Shown piece after piece: positions 6,950 through 14,764 of a stretch of 14,764 bases of DNA. Each line of letters starts with the position of its first letter. The stretch's first letter is position 1. The translations under genes were made by a program, and so were the position numbers. The stretch is from Candidatus Iainarchaeum sp. (GTDB lineage Archaea > Iainarchaeota > Iainarchaeia > Iainarchaeales > Iainarchaeaceae), in the NCBI GenBank assembly GCA_038895675.1, contig JAWANB010000009.1, positions 1 to 14,764 of the forward strand, given 5' to 3'. The notes under the pieces were generated by a model. It was given only the letters and a program-made list of their open reading frames with translations, made no database searches and was not told the DNA's origin.

Positions 6950-7137
6950 AACCTTTATTAGAAAGAAAAATATTTGAAAAATCAAGGAGGCTTAAAAGCA
7001 GAAATTGTTAAAGACTAATAAAAAAGACTTGGAAAGAGTTCAAAGCCAAAAATTTATTAAAGTCAATATGGTTTTGGAAAAGCGACGAGACTTATAAGGT
7101 TTTTATAAGAGAATAAACAAATTTTAGGTGTGGAAAA

Positions 7138-8439
7138 ATGTTTAAAGCCAAAAAAACGTTGTTTGGATTTTTTTTGTTAACATTATTTTCTAATTTGGTT
7201 TTTGGAATTTCTGCAATAGAGGCTGTTAATTTAGTTGTTTCTTCAAACAATTATCTTTATGATGGTGAAACTTATTCTGCTCCTAATGTTCCTATTTTGT
7301 ATGAAAATAAAGAGTATTGGGTAATTCCTCTTACAGCTGGAAACGAGGTTTTGACTTATTTTCCGGTTGAAGTGAAAACAGGTGTTCTTTCAGAGTCAAG
7401 AGAAATAAATAGAGGCTTGATGAAGCTTTCTGATATTGTTAGAGAGACGCAATTATTAAAGGCTTCTATTGCTTCAAAGAGTCTTGATTGGCCTTTTACT
7501 GACTCTTCTCAAAAACTTTTGGAGGAGGTTTCACAACAACTCAAGGATGAGTCTTTTCAAATAAATACTGCTGAGACCATTTTAAAGTCAAAGAAAGTCG
7601 GTGTCAGTTTTTCAAAGGTTAAGAGTATTTTAGACGAATTTGCACAGAAGTCTTATGAGGCATCTCAAATTATCTTAGAGGCAAAAATTGCTGAAGCCGA
7701 GTTTTTCAAAAAGCCTTCACCTGGTGCTTTGGCTGAAATGCAGGAATCTTACGAATCTGCTTTTTTGTCAATAGAGGCTTTGAACAATTTATCGGCAGAG
7801 TATAGGGCTGAAATAGATAAGATAAAACAAGCGTTATCAATAGCTGATATTGATGCTCACGAAAAAGCTCAAATCTCACAATTAGTAGATTCTCCGCAAG
7901 GTATTTTGGTGGTGAGAAAAATATATTTGGATAGTCTTCAAATAAGAAGTTCTATTGATTCAATTAATCAGAAAACTAATTTGAAGGTTGATTCTCTTTT
8001 AATAGAGTTTGATAATAGAATTGCGAAAAATAGAGCTCATCAATTAATTTATTCTGAAAATGAACAATTGGCAAAAGAGGGTTTTTCTTCTTTGTCAGAA
8101 GTTCAAAATTATATATTGAGTAAAGAAAATATTGAATTGTGGAAAAGCCAGGATAAAGTCGGGGCTCTCAAGCAGAATTATTCAAGAGCTGTAGATTACT
8201 ATAAGAAGAAGAATTATGCGCAAGCTGAAAAGTATGCTAAAGATGCCATTCAAAACTCTTTGTCCATATTAAAAGAAGGAAAAATTCAAACTAGTAATTC
8301 AGCTAATAATAGCGAAATGCTTTTGCAATTAGCAGGTGTTTTGCTAGTTTTGTTAGTATTTTTGTACATATTTAATAATAGGGGAAGAATAAAGGAAGCA
8401 TTTAAAGGAAAGAAAGAGGAAATAGAAATTTATGGTTAG
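7138..8439 (+). CDS. Hypothetical secreted, largely alpha-helical protein with C-terminal membrane anchor
   Basis: 433 aa. Sec-type signal MFKAKKTLFGFFLLTLFSNLVFG and C-terminal TM LLQLAGVLLVLLVFLYIF with a basic tail. RBS AGGTG at 7126-7130. Confidence 0.8.
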   Translation: MFKAKKTLFGFFLLTLFSNLVFGISAIEAVNLVVSSNNYLYDGETYSAPNVPILYENKEYWVIPLTAGNEVLTYFPVEVKTGVLSESREINRGLMKLSDIVRETQLLKASIASKSLDWPFTDSSQKLLEEVSQQLKDESFQINTAETILKSKKVGVSFSKVKSILDEFAQKSYEASQIILEAKIAEAEFFKKPSPGALAEMQESYESAFLSIEALNNLSAEYRAEIDKIKQALSIADIDAHEKAQISQLVDSPQGILVVRKIYLDSLQIRSSIDSINQKTNLKVDSLLIEFDNRIAKNRAHQLIYSENEQLAKEGFSSLSEVQNYILSKENIELWKSQDKVGALKQNYSRAVDYYKKKNYAQAEKYAKDAIQNSLSILKEGKIQTSNSANNSEMLLQLAGVLLVLLVFLYIFNNRGRIKEAFKGKKEEIEIYG

Positions 8440-9220
8440 ACTTAGTTTAAGATCTGTTTGTGTTGTTTTTGCGGTCTTTTTATTAAGCAATTTTTCGTTG
8501 GCTTTGGTAGAGATAGTTCCTAAGAGTGATTCGAACGAAATTTATGTTTTTGAGAGAGTAGAATTTTCAATTGAATTAACTAACGATTCTGAAGATTGGT
8601 TAGAAAATGCAAGTTTGAAAGTGGTGCCTTCGAACGGCATTTATGTAATGTCTGGGAAAGTCAAAAAGCAAGATTATTTTAAGGCAATAAATTCCTTGGC
8701 TCCTAAAGAAAATTTGGTAGAAAAATTCGAGTTGTATTTTGCTAATGAAGAAATTGAAAACACGAGCGTTAAAGTGATTTTTGGCGATAATGATAATGCT
8801 GTTGAAAAAATTTTTGGTTTTAAGGTATTGCCTTTGCCATTGTCTATAGATTTTAGTGAAAATTATGTCGGTAATAATGTTTACGAAATTGATTTTTCAA
8901 TAACAAATTTGTCTGGCGAAGAAATAGGTTTTTTGAAAGTAACTTTGTTGCCTGATTATTCTGTTAAAGATTTTGAAACTAAAGAGATAAGTAGTCTTGG
9001 AGCTTTTGAAACTTTTTCAGGTAAAATCAAGTTCAGTTCTGAATTAAATAGAGAACAGATAGTAAGAATAATATTTGAAGATTCTAAAGGCGTTCATTAT
9101 ATTGAAAAGTCTTTATTTGTGAATTACAAGAAGGGAAATGTTCCTTTAGCAATACTACTGGTTGTTTTGATTGTTTCAATAGTGTTTTTTTATTTTAAAT
9201 CAAAAAGGCGAATATTTTAA
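8432..9220 (+). CDS. Hypothetical surface protein with two probable Ig-like (CARDB/S-layer-type) domains and C-terminal TM anchor
   Basis: Signal peptide. Two similar beta-rich units (FSIELTNDS...INSLAPKE and IDFSITNLS...ISSLGAFE). C-terminal LAILLVVLIVSIVFFYF-KSKRR. Overlaps the upstream gene by 8 nt. Confidence 0.75.
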   Translation: MVRLSLRSVCVVFAVFLLSNFSLALVEIVPKSDSNEIYVFERVEFSIELTNDSEDWLENASLKVVPSNGIYVMSGKVKKQDYFKAINSLAPKENLVEKFELYFANEEIENTSVKVIFGDNDNAVEKIFGFKVLPLPLSIDFSENYVGNNVYEIDFSITNLSGEEIGFLKVTLLPDYSVKDFETKEISSLGAFETFSGKIKFSSELNREQIVRIIFEDSKGVHYIEKSLFVNYKKGNVPLAILLVVLIVSIVFFYFKSKRRIF

Positions 9221-9228
9221 TTTATTTT

Positions 9229-9933
9229 TTATTTTAGGCTTGCTAAATATTCGTAAATTTCTTCTTCTGAGACTGCGCAACCTGAAAATTTTGCTGCCCA
9301 TAGCGATGCTTCTAAAGATTGTTTTGATTTGTGTATTTCTTTTTCAAATGCGCCTGTTTCATATGCTAACGCTATTAATTCTACTGATCTAACTATGTTT
9401 ATGTCATTAAACATGTTCATGAATTTTTTTGCTGTTTCTGTTTGTATTGTTATTTTTTTCTTGTGCCTATTTTCAAGGAAGGTTCTCATGCTATATGGGT
9501 CTTCTATTAGCATTCTTGTTGTCCTTTCGTCAACTAATAGTATTTTGGCTTTCAAGTCTTTTGCTAACGCTAATGCTTCTGTTTCTCCTCTTTGAATGAG
9601 TCTTATTGGTTTGCCGTTTGCATAGCATATTCCATATGATACATCGTTAATTATTTCCATCATGTTTTTGACGTTTTGGCTTGTTTTTATTATTTTTAAG
9701 TATCCTTCTTCAACTGCATCTTTTATTCTGATTGCGTTGAATTCGTATTGTTTTATTGATAATGGGTGTATGACACTTTCTTCGTATACTGATTCTGGAA
9801 TAACGAAAGTAATTCCATTCATTTCACTTAAGTGTTTTATTATTTTTATTAGGCAATTGTCAGAAATGGTTATTATGCTGCTTGAGTCTACAACAATTAC
9901 TTTGTCTGGTTTTAGTATTACCAAAATTTTCAC
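9229..9933 (-). CDS. PIN-domain ribonuclease (DUF3368/COG2405-like)
   Basis: PIN acidic motifs VIVVDSSSII, VIPESVYEE, GETEALALA and LLVDERTTR, with C-terminal SGCAVSEEEI. The GTG start overlaps the upstream stop (GTGA). Exact start uncertain. Confidence 0.85.
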   Translation of the reverse strand: MKILVILKPDKVIVVDSSSIITISDNCLIKIIKHLSEMNGITFVIPESVYEESVIHPLSIKQYEFNAIRIKDAVEEGYLKIIKTSQNVKNMMEIINDVSYGICYANGKPIRLIQRGETEALALAKDLKAKILLVDERTTRMLIEDPYSMRTFLENRHKKKITIQTETAKKFMNMFNDINIVRSVELIALAYETGAFEKEIHKSKQSLEASLWAAKFSGCAVSEEEIYEYLASLK

Positions 9934-10484
9934 TTCCCAATAATATTTCTTAGTACTGATAATCTTTCAGCTATGCTTTCTTTGTAAGGTTCTTCGTCGT
10001 GTATTCTTGTTATTCCTATGTATTTTTGTAGTTCTTTTTTGTTTGCTCCTGTTAGAGTTGCGGCTTGGCTAAGGCTTAATCCAAGCGCATATGCGGTTGA
10101 AGCTTGTTTTATTTTGGCTTTTTCATACATTGCTTTTGCGTAATGTGATAAATTTTGATCTATTTCTTCTATTTTTTCAATGGTTTCTTTCAAATGTTTT
10201 TTGAATGCTCTTTTTTGGTTTTTTGTTAAAGCAAACGCGCTTTTGTTGAGGTTGTTTGATATTGAGTTTGAGACGTTTTTCCATTTTGGGTTTGAAATAA
10301 AGTGTTCTTTTGTAAGCATTTTGTACAAACAATATGCTATGATTGACACTTTGGCCATTTCAAAGTCGTTGTATAAGACTGCTTCGCTTATGCTGTCGTT
10401 TGCTATTCTTTTAATATCGAATTGGTTTTGTGCTTTAAAGGCTTCTGATAGGGCGTTTATTCTTTGGATTAGTTTATGTTGCAT
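9930..10484 (-). CDS. Helical protein with C-terminal UPF0175/COG2886-like HTH (putative antitoxin or partner of the PIN protein)
   Basis: 184 aa. AYALGLSLSQAATLTGANKKELQKYIG resembles the UPF0175 HTH pattern. Translationally coupled to the PIN gene. Confidence 0.7.
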   Translation of the reverse strand: MQHKLIQRINALSEAFKAQNQFDIKRIANDSISEAVLYNDFEMAKVSIIAYCLYKMLTKEHFISNPKWKNVSNSISNNLNKSAFALTKNQKRAFKKHLKETIEKIEEIDQNLSHYAKAMYEKAKIKQASTAYALGLSLSQAATLTGANKKELQKYIGITRIHDEEPYKESIAERLSVLRNIIGK

Positions 10485-10539
10485 AACAACAATTACTCAA
10501 AGTAGTTTTTAATAATTTGTTTGGGTCTTAGTATTTTTT

Positions 10540-10980
10540 CTATAGTTTTTTTTCCCATACTTCTATTGTTTTTCCTTCTATTTGTTTTTCGTGAAATTTT
10601 GCAAATGAAAAACCTATTTTTGAGTAAAGTTTTTTTGCTTGTATGTTTTCTGTGCTCACTAATAGTTTGGCATTTCTATAGCCTTGCTCGATTAAAAATT
10701 TTAATGCAAATTTCATTAGTTTTTTACCAAATCCTTTTTTTCTTTGTGTTGGTACTATGGCAATGGCGCTGATAAGTGGTTCTTTTTCTTTGAGGTCTAA
10801 GTCTATGAATCCTATAAATTTTTTGTCTTTGGTGATTTTGAATATAATTATTTTTGGGTTGGTTATTCTTTCTTTTAGTGATTTTTCATCGAATTTTTTG
10901 TAACTAAATTCTTTAGAAATAAGTTTGAGTAGGTTCTCGCAGTCTTTTGGTTTTGCCTTTGTAATTGTTGTATTTTCCAT
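10540..10980 (-). CDS. GNAT family N-acetyltransferase (RimI-like)
   Basis: Acetyl-CoA motif IAIVPTQRKKGFGKKLM and LLVSTENIQAKKLYSKIGF. Start moved to MENTTI at 10980 (146 aa) to avoid overlap with proS. Confidence 0.9.
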   Translation of the reverse strand: MENTTITKAKPKDCENLLKLISKEFSYKKFDEKSLKERITNPKIIIFKITKDKKFIGFIDLDLKEKEPLISAIAIVPTQRKKGFGKKLMKFALKFLIEQGYRNAKLLVSTENIQAKKLYSKIGFSFAKFHEKQIEGKTIEVWEKKL

Positions 10981-11003
10981 CGTAAAAAATAGTATAGAAA
11001 AAT

Positions 11004-12434
11004 TCAATAAGACTTGCCGAACAATACTAATTTTGCTTTGTCTTTGCTGCAAAAAATGCATTTTTCTTTGGTTTCTTCAGATTCTAATGGTATGCACCTT
11101 GATGTTATTCCAAATTTTTCTTTAACTATTTTTTCGCATTCAACTTCACAACAAAAGGGTGCTAAAACTAATTTCTTTTTGTTGATTTCTTCTAAGAATT
11201 CTTTTTCGTTTTTTACTTTTATTATATTGTCTTCTAAAAACTTTTTTGCTTTTGTAAAGAGGTTTTTTTGCATTTCAATAATTATTTCTTTAGTTCTTTT
11301 TTGTAGTTCTGAAAGTTTAACAAACTCTTTTTTTCCCGTGTCTCTTCTCACTATCACTACTTGGTTTTTTTCAATGTCTTTTGGTCCTATTTCTATTCTT
11401 AAAGGTATTCCTTTTAGTTCCCAGTCTGAGAATTTCCAGCCAGGGTTATAATTATCTCTTTCGTCTACAAATGCTCCAAATTCTTCAAGTTTTTTTGCTA
11501 CTTCGTATGCTTTTTCTAAAACTTGTTCTTTAGAGTCAGTGAAGAGAATTGGTATAATGACTATTTTTTTCTTAGCTAATAATGGCGGTATAATTAAGCC
11601 TTTGTCATCTCCGTGTGTCATTACTAATGCTCCAATTAGTCTTGTTGAGAAGCCCCAACTTGATTGCCATGGGGTTTTTTTGTTTTTGTTTTCATCTAAA
11701 AAAGATATTTTGAATGCTTTTGCAAAACCTTGGCCTAAATTGTGCGATGTCGCCATTTGTAGTGCTTTGCCGTCAGGCATTAGGGCTTCTAATGTTGTCG
11801 TGTAAAATGCTCCTGCAAATTTTTCGTGTTCTGTTTTGTAGCCTGCTATAACTGGTATTGCAAGTAGTTCTTCACAGAGTTTTTTGTATTCTTTGAGAAC
11901 CATAATTACTTCCTTGTCGCATTCTTCTTTAGTGGCGTATATGCAGTGTGCTTCGTGCCATAGGAATTCTCTTGTTCTCAAAAAAAGTTTTGTTTGTTTG
12001 ACTTCCCATCTTAGAACGTTACACCATTGGTTCACTCTTAAAGGAAGGTCGCGCCAACTTCTCACCCATGTTGAAAACGAGTTATAAATTATTGTTTCTG
12101 AAGTTGGTCTTATGGCTAAGCGCATTTCTCCTTTTTCTTTTTCAATCCAAGCTAGTTCTGGTGCAAATCCTTTTGCGTGTTCTGCTTCTTTTAAGAAGAA
12201 GTTTTCAGGTATTAAAAGTGGAAAATAGGCGTTTGATACTTTTAGTCTTTCAAGTACTTTGTTGAAATATTCTTGAATACTTTCCCATAATGCATAACCA
12301 TTTGGCTTAATTACCATAAATCCTCTCATTGGAGCATAATCAGCAAGACCTGATTTAAGAACTACTTGGTTATACCATTCTACAAAGTCTTCGGACTTTT
12401 TTGTCGTAATGCCTAAAGTGTTTTCTTCTGACAT
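11004..12434 (-). CDS. proS: Proline--tRNA ligase, archaeal/eukaryotic type
   Basis: DFVEWYNQV, KEAEHAKGFAPE, AIRPTSET, SWRDLPLRVNQWCNVLRWE, FLRTREFLWHEAH, QMATSHNLGQ, SWGFSTRLIG, WELKGIPLRIEIGPKD and a Cys-containing C-terminal domain ending KSY. Start moved to MSEENTLG at 12434 (476 aa). Confidence 0.97.
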   Translation of the reverse strand: MSEENTLGITTKKSEDFVEWYNQVVLKSGLADYAPMRGFMVIKPNGYALWESIQEYFNKVLERLKVSNAYFPLLIPENFFLKEAEHAKGFAPELAWIEKEKGEMRLAIRPTSETIIYNSFSTWVRSWRDLPLRVNQWCNVLRWEVKQTKLFLRTREFLWHEAHCIYATKEECDKEVIMVLKEYKKLCEELLAIPVIAGYKTEHEKFAGAFYTTTLEALMPDGKALQMATSHNLGQGFAKAFKISFLDENKNKKTPWQSSWGFSTRLIGALVMTHGDDKGLIIPPLLAKKKIVIIPILFTDSKEQVLEKAYEVAKKLEEFGAFVDERDNYNPGWKFSDWELKGIPLRIEIGPKDIEKNQVVIVRRDTGKKEFVKLSELQKRTKEIIIEMQKNLFTKAKKFLEDNIIKVKNEKEFLEEINKKKLVLAPFCCEVECEKIVKEKFGITSRCIPLESEETKEKCIFCSKDKAKLVLFGKSY

Positions 12435-12516
12435 TTTTGATAAAAGACACGAAGGAATTAAAAATAAAATTATGTTAGTAAAAAGCCTTAAGTCTATTTT
12501 GTATTTTATTGTTTTT

Positions 12517-12999
12517 ATGATTTCAAAAAAATTTTTTGTTAGCATTTTTTTTGTGTTTTTAACTACTTTTGGTTGTGTTGAAAAGTCTGTTGAAAGTTGT
12601 GGTAAATTGCCTTGTATTATTGGGGAAGTAGTTGCGGTTATTGATGGTGATACTATTAAAGTAAAGGAAAACGATAAAGAAATGAACGTTAGGTTGTCTT
12701 TGGTTAATACTCCTGAAAAGAACGAGAAAGGTTATGAAGAGGCAAAAAACTTTACGCTAAAAAGTTGTCCTGTTGGGTCAAGAGTAATAATTGATTTGGA
12801 CGAGAAGCAATTGCAGGGAAGTTATGGCAGGGTGATTGCTTTAGTGAGGTGTTGTCAGGACGTTCCTGAGAGCCAATGTTATAGTAAGCCGAGTTTGAAT
12901 CAAGATCTTGTGGATAATGGTTTTGCGAAAATGATGCTAAGTTATTGTAATAAGTCAGAGTTTGCAGATCAAGTTTGGGTAAAAAGTAATGGTTGTTAA
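12517..12999 (+). CDS. Thermonuclease (SNase-fold) family lipoprotein
   Basis: MISKKFFVSIFFVFLTTFGC gives a lipobox-like signal. Motifs VIDGDT, VRLSLVNTPE, SYGRVIA and LNQDLVDNGFA. Start moved from 12409 to 12517. Confidence 0.9.
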   Translation: MISKKFFVSIFFVFLTTFGCVEKSVESCGKLPCIIGEVVAVIDGDTIKVKENDKEMNVRLSLVNTPEKNEKGYEEAKNFTLKSCPVGSRVIIDLDEKQLQGSYGRVIALVRCCQDVPESQCYSKPSLNQDLVDNGFAKMMLSYCNKSEFADQVWVKSNGC

Positions 13000-13048
13000 T
13001 TTTTTTGGTTTTTTTTTGTGATTTTTGTTTTTTTCACTTTTTTTGTTT
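13000..13048 (+). terminator. Oligo-T tracts between convergent genes (archaeal-type intrinsic terminator candidate)
   Basis: Several T7-T9 runs immediately after the thermonuclease stop. The strand is T-rich in general, which weakens the call. Confidence 0.35.
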
Positions 13049-13789
13049 TTATTCAAAGAGATTGTTAAAATTTTTTGTAGTTGTTTTTGCTACTTTTTCA
13101 AAACTAATTTCTTTTATTTCTGATACTTTTTCGCATACTTTTGTTATCCAAGTAGGCGAACTTTGTTGTCCTTTAAAGATTACTGGCGCATCTGTTTCAA
13201 GTAACATTTTTTCTATCGGTATTTTTTTTGCTATTTGTTGGGCTTTTTCATCGTAACATATTATTGGGCCGCAAGACATGTAGTAGTCTAATTCTGTTGC
13301 TATTTGTATGTTTTGTTCGTTGTTTGTGAACCAGTGCATTTGCACTTTTTTTGCTTTTTCTTCTTCAAGTATCTTTAAGCATTCTTTTTCCGCTTCTCTT
13401 GAATGTATTACCAATGTTTTGTTTTGTTTTATTCCTATTCTTATTTGTTCTCTAAAGGATTCTTCTTGTATTTGTTTTTGTTTTTGTGTTTTTGCGTATT
13501 TGTAGTCGAGCCCTATTTCTCCTATTGCTATTGCTTCTTTTGCTTTTTCATCTACTTTTTGCAGGGCTTCTTTTATTTCTTCTTGACTCATTCCCAAAAT
13601 GTTTATTGGGTGTATTCCTATAGCTGCTTTTACTTCTTTGTATCTTTTTGCTAATTCAAGGCATTCTTCTATTGACTTCATGTCTACAGAATTAGTTAGT
13701 ATTTTAGTAATTCCTTTTGATTTTGCTTCTTGTATTTCTTTTTCTTGTTCTTTCATTTCTTGCAAGTGGCAGTGTGAATCAATGAGCAT
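13049..13789 (-). CDS. tatD: TatD family metal-dependent DNase/hydrolase
   Basis: MLIDSHCHL, GIHP, AIGEIGLDY, VIHSREA, QMHWF and LLETDAP. RBS GGTGAG (13798-13793) supports the ATG at 13789. Confidence 0.95.
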   Translation of the reverse strand: MLIDSHCHLQEMKEQEKEIQEAKSKGITKILTNSVDMKSIEECLELAKRYKEVKAAIGIHPINILGMSQEEIKEALQKVDEKAKEAIAIGEIGLDYKYAKTQKQKQIQEESFREQIRIGIKQNKTLVIHSREAEKECLKILEEEKAKKVQMHWFTNNEQNIQIATELDYYMSCGPIICYDEKAQQIAKKIPIEKMLLETDAPVIFKGQQSSPTWITKVCEKVSEIKEISFEKVAKTTTKNFNNLFE

Positions 13790-13891
13790 TAACTCACCAT
13801 TTTTAAACTTATACTTGTTCAAATATTAAATATTATTTAAAATAGGGTTGTGATCCAATTTTTGTTTATTCGTTTTTTTTAGGTAATTGTT

Positions 13892-14764
13892 ATGGCGACT
13901 AAAAAGTCAAAAGTTGATGAAGCTAAAAAAGAAGAGTTTTTAGAATCAGTTTCGAAGCCTCGTGTTTCTTCAGTAGACGAAGTTAAAAGAGGTGAAAACC
14001 CTCCTTTCTATATTTTCGTGTTGGTTTTTTTGTTTGGTGTTGTATTTGCTTTAGCTTTGTTCGTTTTCTTTGGTTTTGATAATTTTGACAAGAATAAGGT
14101 TAATGGAAAAAACGATATGGACATTAATTCTCTAATAAACGATTTAGATTATAGGACTGTGCCAATAACAATGATTTTTTCTAATGATTGTAAAAGTTGC
14201 GAACAAACAAACACTTTTGAAACTTTATTTCAAGTGAGAAAAATCCCTTATAGGATTTACAAAGTCGAGGCTTCTTCTGAAGAGGGGAAAGATTTAATAA
14301 AAAAGTTTGAATTGAAGGTTTTGCCTACTGCTTTAATTGATGCTGAGAAATTGAAGTTTTATCCTAAAACCATTTCTGATTTTGATTTGGAAGTTTCAAA
14401 AGGTACTATGAAAAAAATTGATAGAGTTTATGTTGCGCCTGAAATTAATCTTGATAAAAAGACTTTTTATTCTGTTTTTTTCCTTGAAAAGCCTGTTTTT
14501 TGTACTTCTTCAAAGCCTAATGTTGTTTTGTTTGATGATTATTACACTCCGCAATTTTCTTATAATAGGAAAAAGTTGTATGAGTTTATTAGTGATTTTA
14601 ACGATTTGGTTGGCATAAATTTTGTTTATGCTCAAATCGGCTTTTCTCAAGATAGAAATTCTCAGTTAGGCAATTTGGCTTTGTATTGTGCTTCGCAACA
14701 AGGAAAGTTTGTTGAGTTAGAAAGGACAATGACTGGAATTTATTGTAATAATCCTTTTGGCGGA
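13892..14764 (+). CDS. Membrane-anchored thioredoxin-fold/DsbA-like protein (3' end outside window; missing from ORF track)
   Basis: Manual translation is open for 291 codons to the edge: MATKKSKVDE..., TM FYIFVLVFLFGVVFALALFVFFGF, ITMIFSNDCKSC, SEEGKDLIKKFELKVLPTALI, then KPNVVLFDDYYTPQF...ALYCASQQGKFVE. AGGT lies upstream of the ATG. Confidence 0.85.
   Translation, partial: MATKKSKVDEAKKEEFLESVSKPRVSSVDEVKRGENPPFYIFVLVFLFGVVFALALFVFFGFDNFDKNKVNGKNDMDINSLINDLDYRTVPITMIFSNDCKSCEQTNTFETLFQVRKIPYRIYKVEASSEEGKDLIKKFELKVLPTALIDAEKLKFYPKTISDFDLEVSKGTMKKIDRVYVAPEINLDKKTFYSVFFLEKPVFCTSSKPNVVLFDDYYTPQFSYNRKKLYEFISDFNDLVGINFVYAQIGFSQDRNSQLGNLALYCASQQGKFVELERTMTGIYCNNPFGG

Noticed and set aside
7020..7137. 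Repeated TGGAAA as possible ORB elements of a replication origin
   Set aside because: No full ORB-like inverted motif or G-string, no adjacent cdc6/orc1, and no clear skew reversal.
5412..9220. tRNA-anchored integrated element
   Set aside because: No integrase, no att duplication, and the neighbouring GTPase is a housekeeping-type gene.
12409..12545. Apparent head-to-head overlap of proS and the thermonuclease
   Set aside because: It disappears with the starts at 12434 (-) and 12517 (+), which match the domain boundaries and the signal peptide.
9329..13829. Plus-strand ORFs antisense to PIN, GNAT, proS and tatD
   Set aside because: They are antisense shadows with low-complexity composition and no motifs.
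14418..14618. 66-aa ORF in the track
   Set aside because: It is out of frame within the longer thioredoxin-like gene starting at 13892.
1..14764. CRISPR array, diversity-generating retroelement repeats, or alternative genetic code
   Set aside because: No regularly spaced repeats, no near-identical TR/VR pair or reverse transcriptase were seen by eye, and the conserved genes translate full-length with standard stops.

Overview
AT-rich archaeal genomic window, most likely a DPANN-type lineage (inferred from the archaeal-type tRNA-Pro, archaeal/eukaryotic-type ProRS, a DRG-family GTPase, class III prepilin signal peptides, TATA-like promoters and GGTG-type RBS). The left third (1-4908) is a divergently transcribed cluster of five type IV pilin-like or Cys-rich surface protein genes. 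A two-subunit Fe-S L-serine dehydratase (sdaAB-sdaAA) sits inside it and is translationally coupled to the left arm. On each arm the first pilin-like gene lacks a prepilin leader and the second has a KG leader. The rest contains a coiled-coil membrane protein, tRNA-Pro(GGG), a small basic protein, a DRG/TGS GTPase with degenerate G3/G4, two membrane-anchored surface proteins, a UPF0175-like/PIN toxin-antitoxin-like pair, a GNAT acetyltransferase, proS, a lipoprotein thermonuclease, tatD and a truncated membrane thioredoxin/DsbA-like gene. Two likely real genes at the window edges (1-210 and 13892-14764) are absent from the ORF track. Strong strand-specific codon bias generates many spurious antisense ORFs. 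No CRISPR array, rRNA or mobile element was seen. All family assignments come from motif recognition, not database searches.
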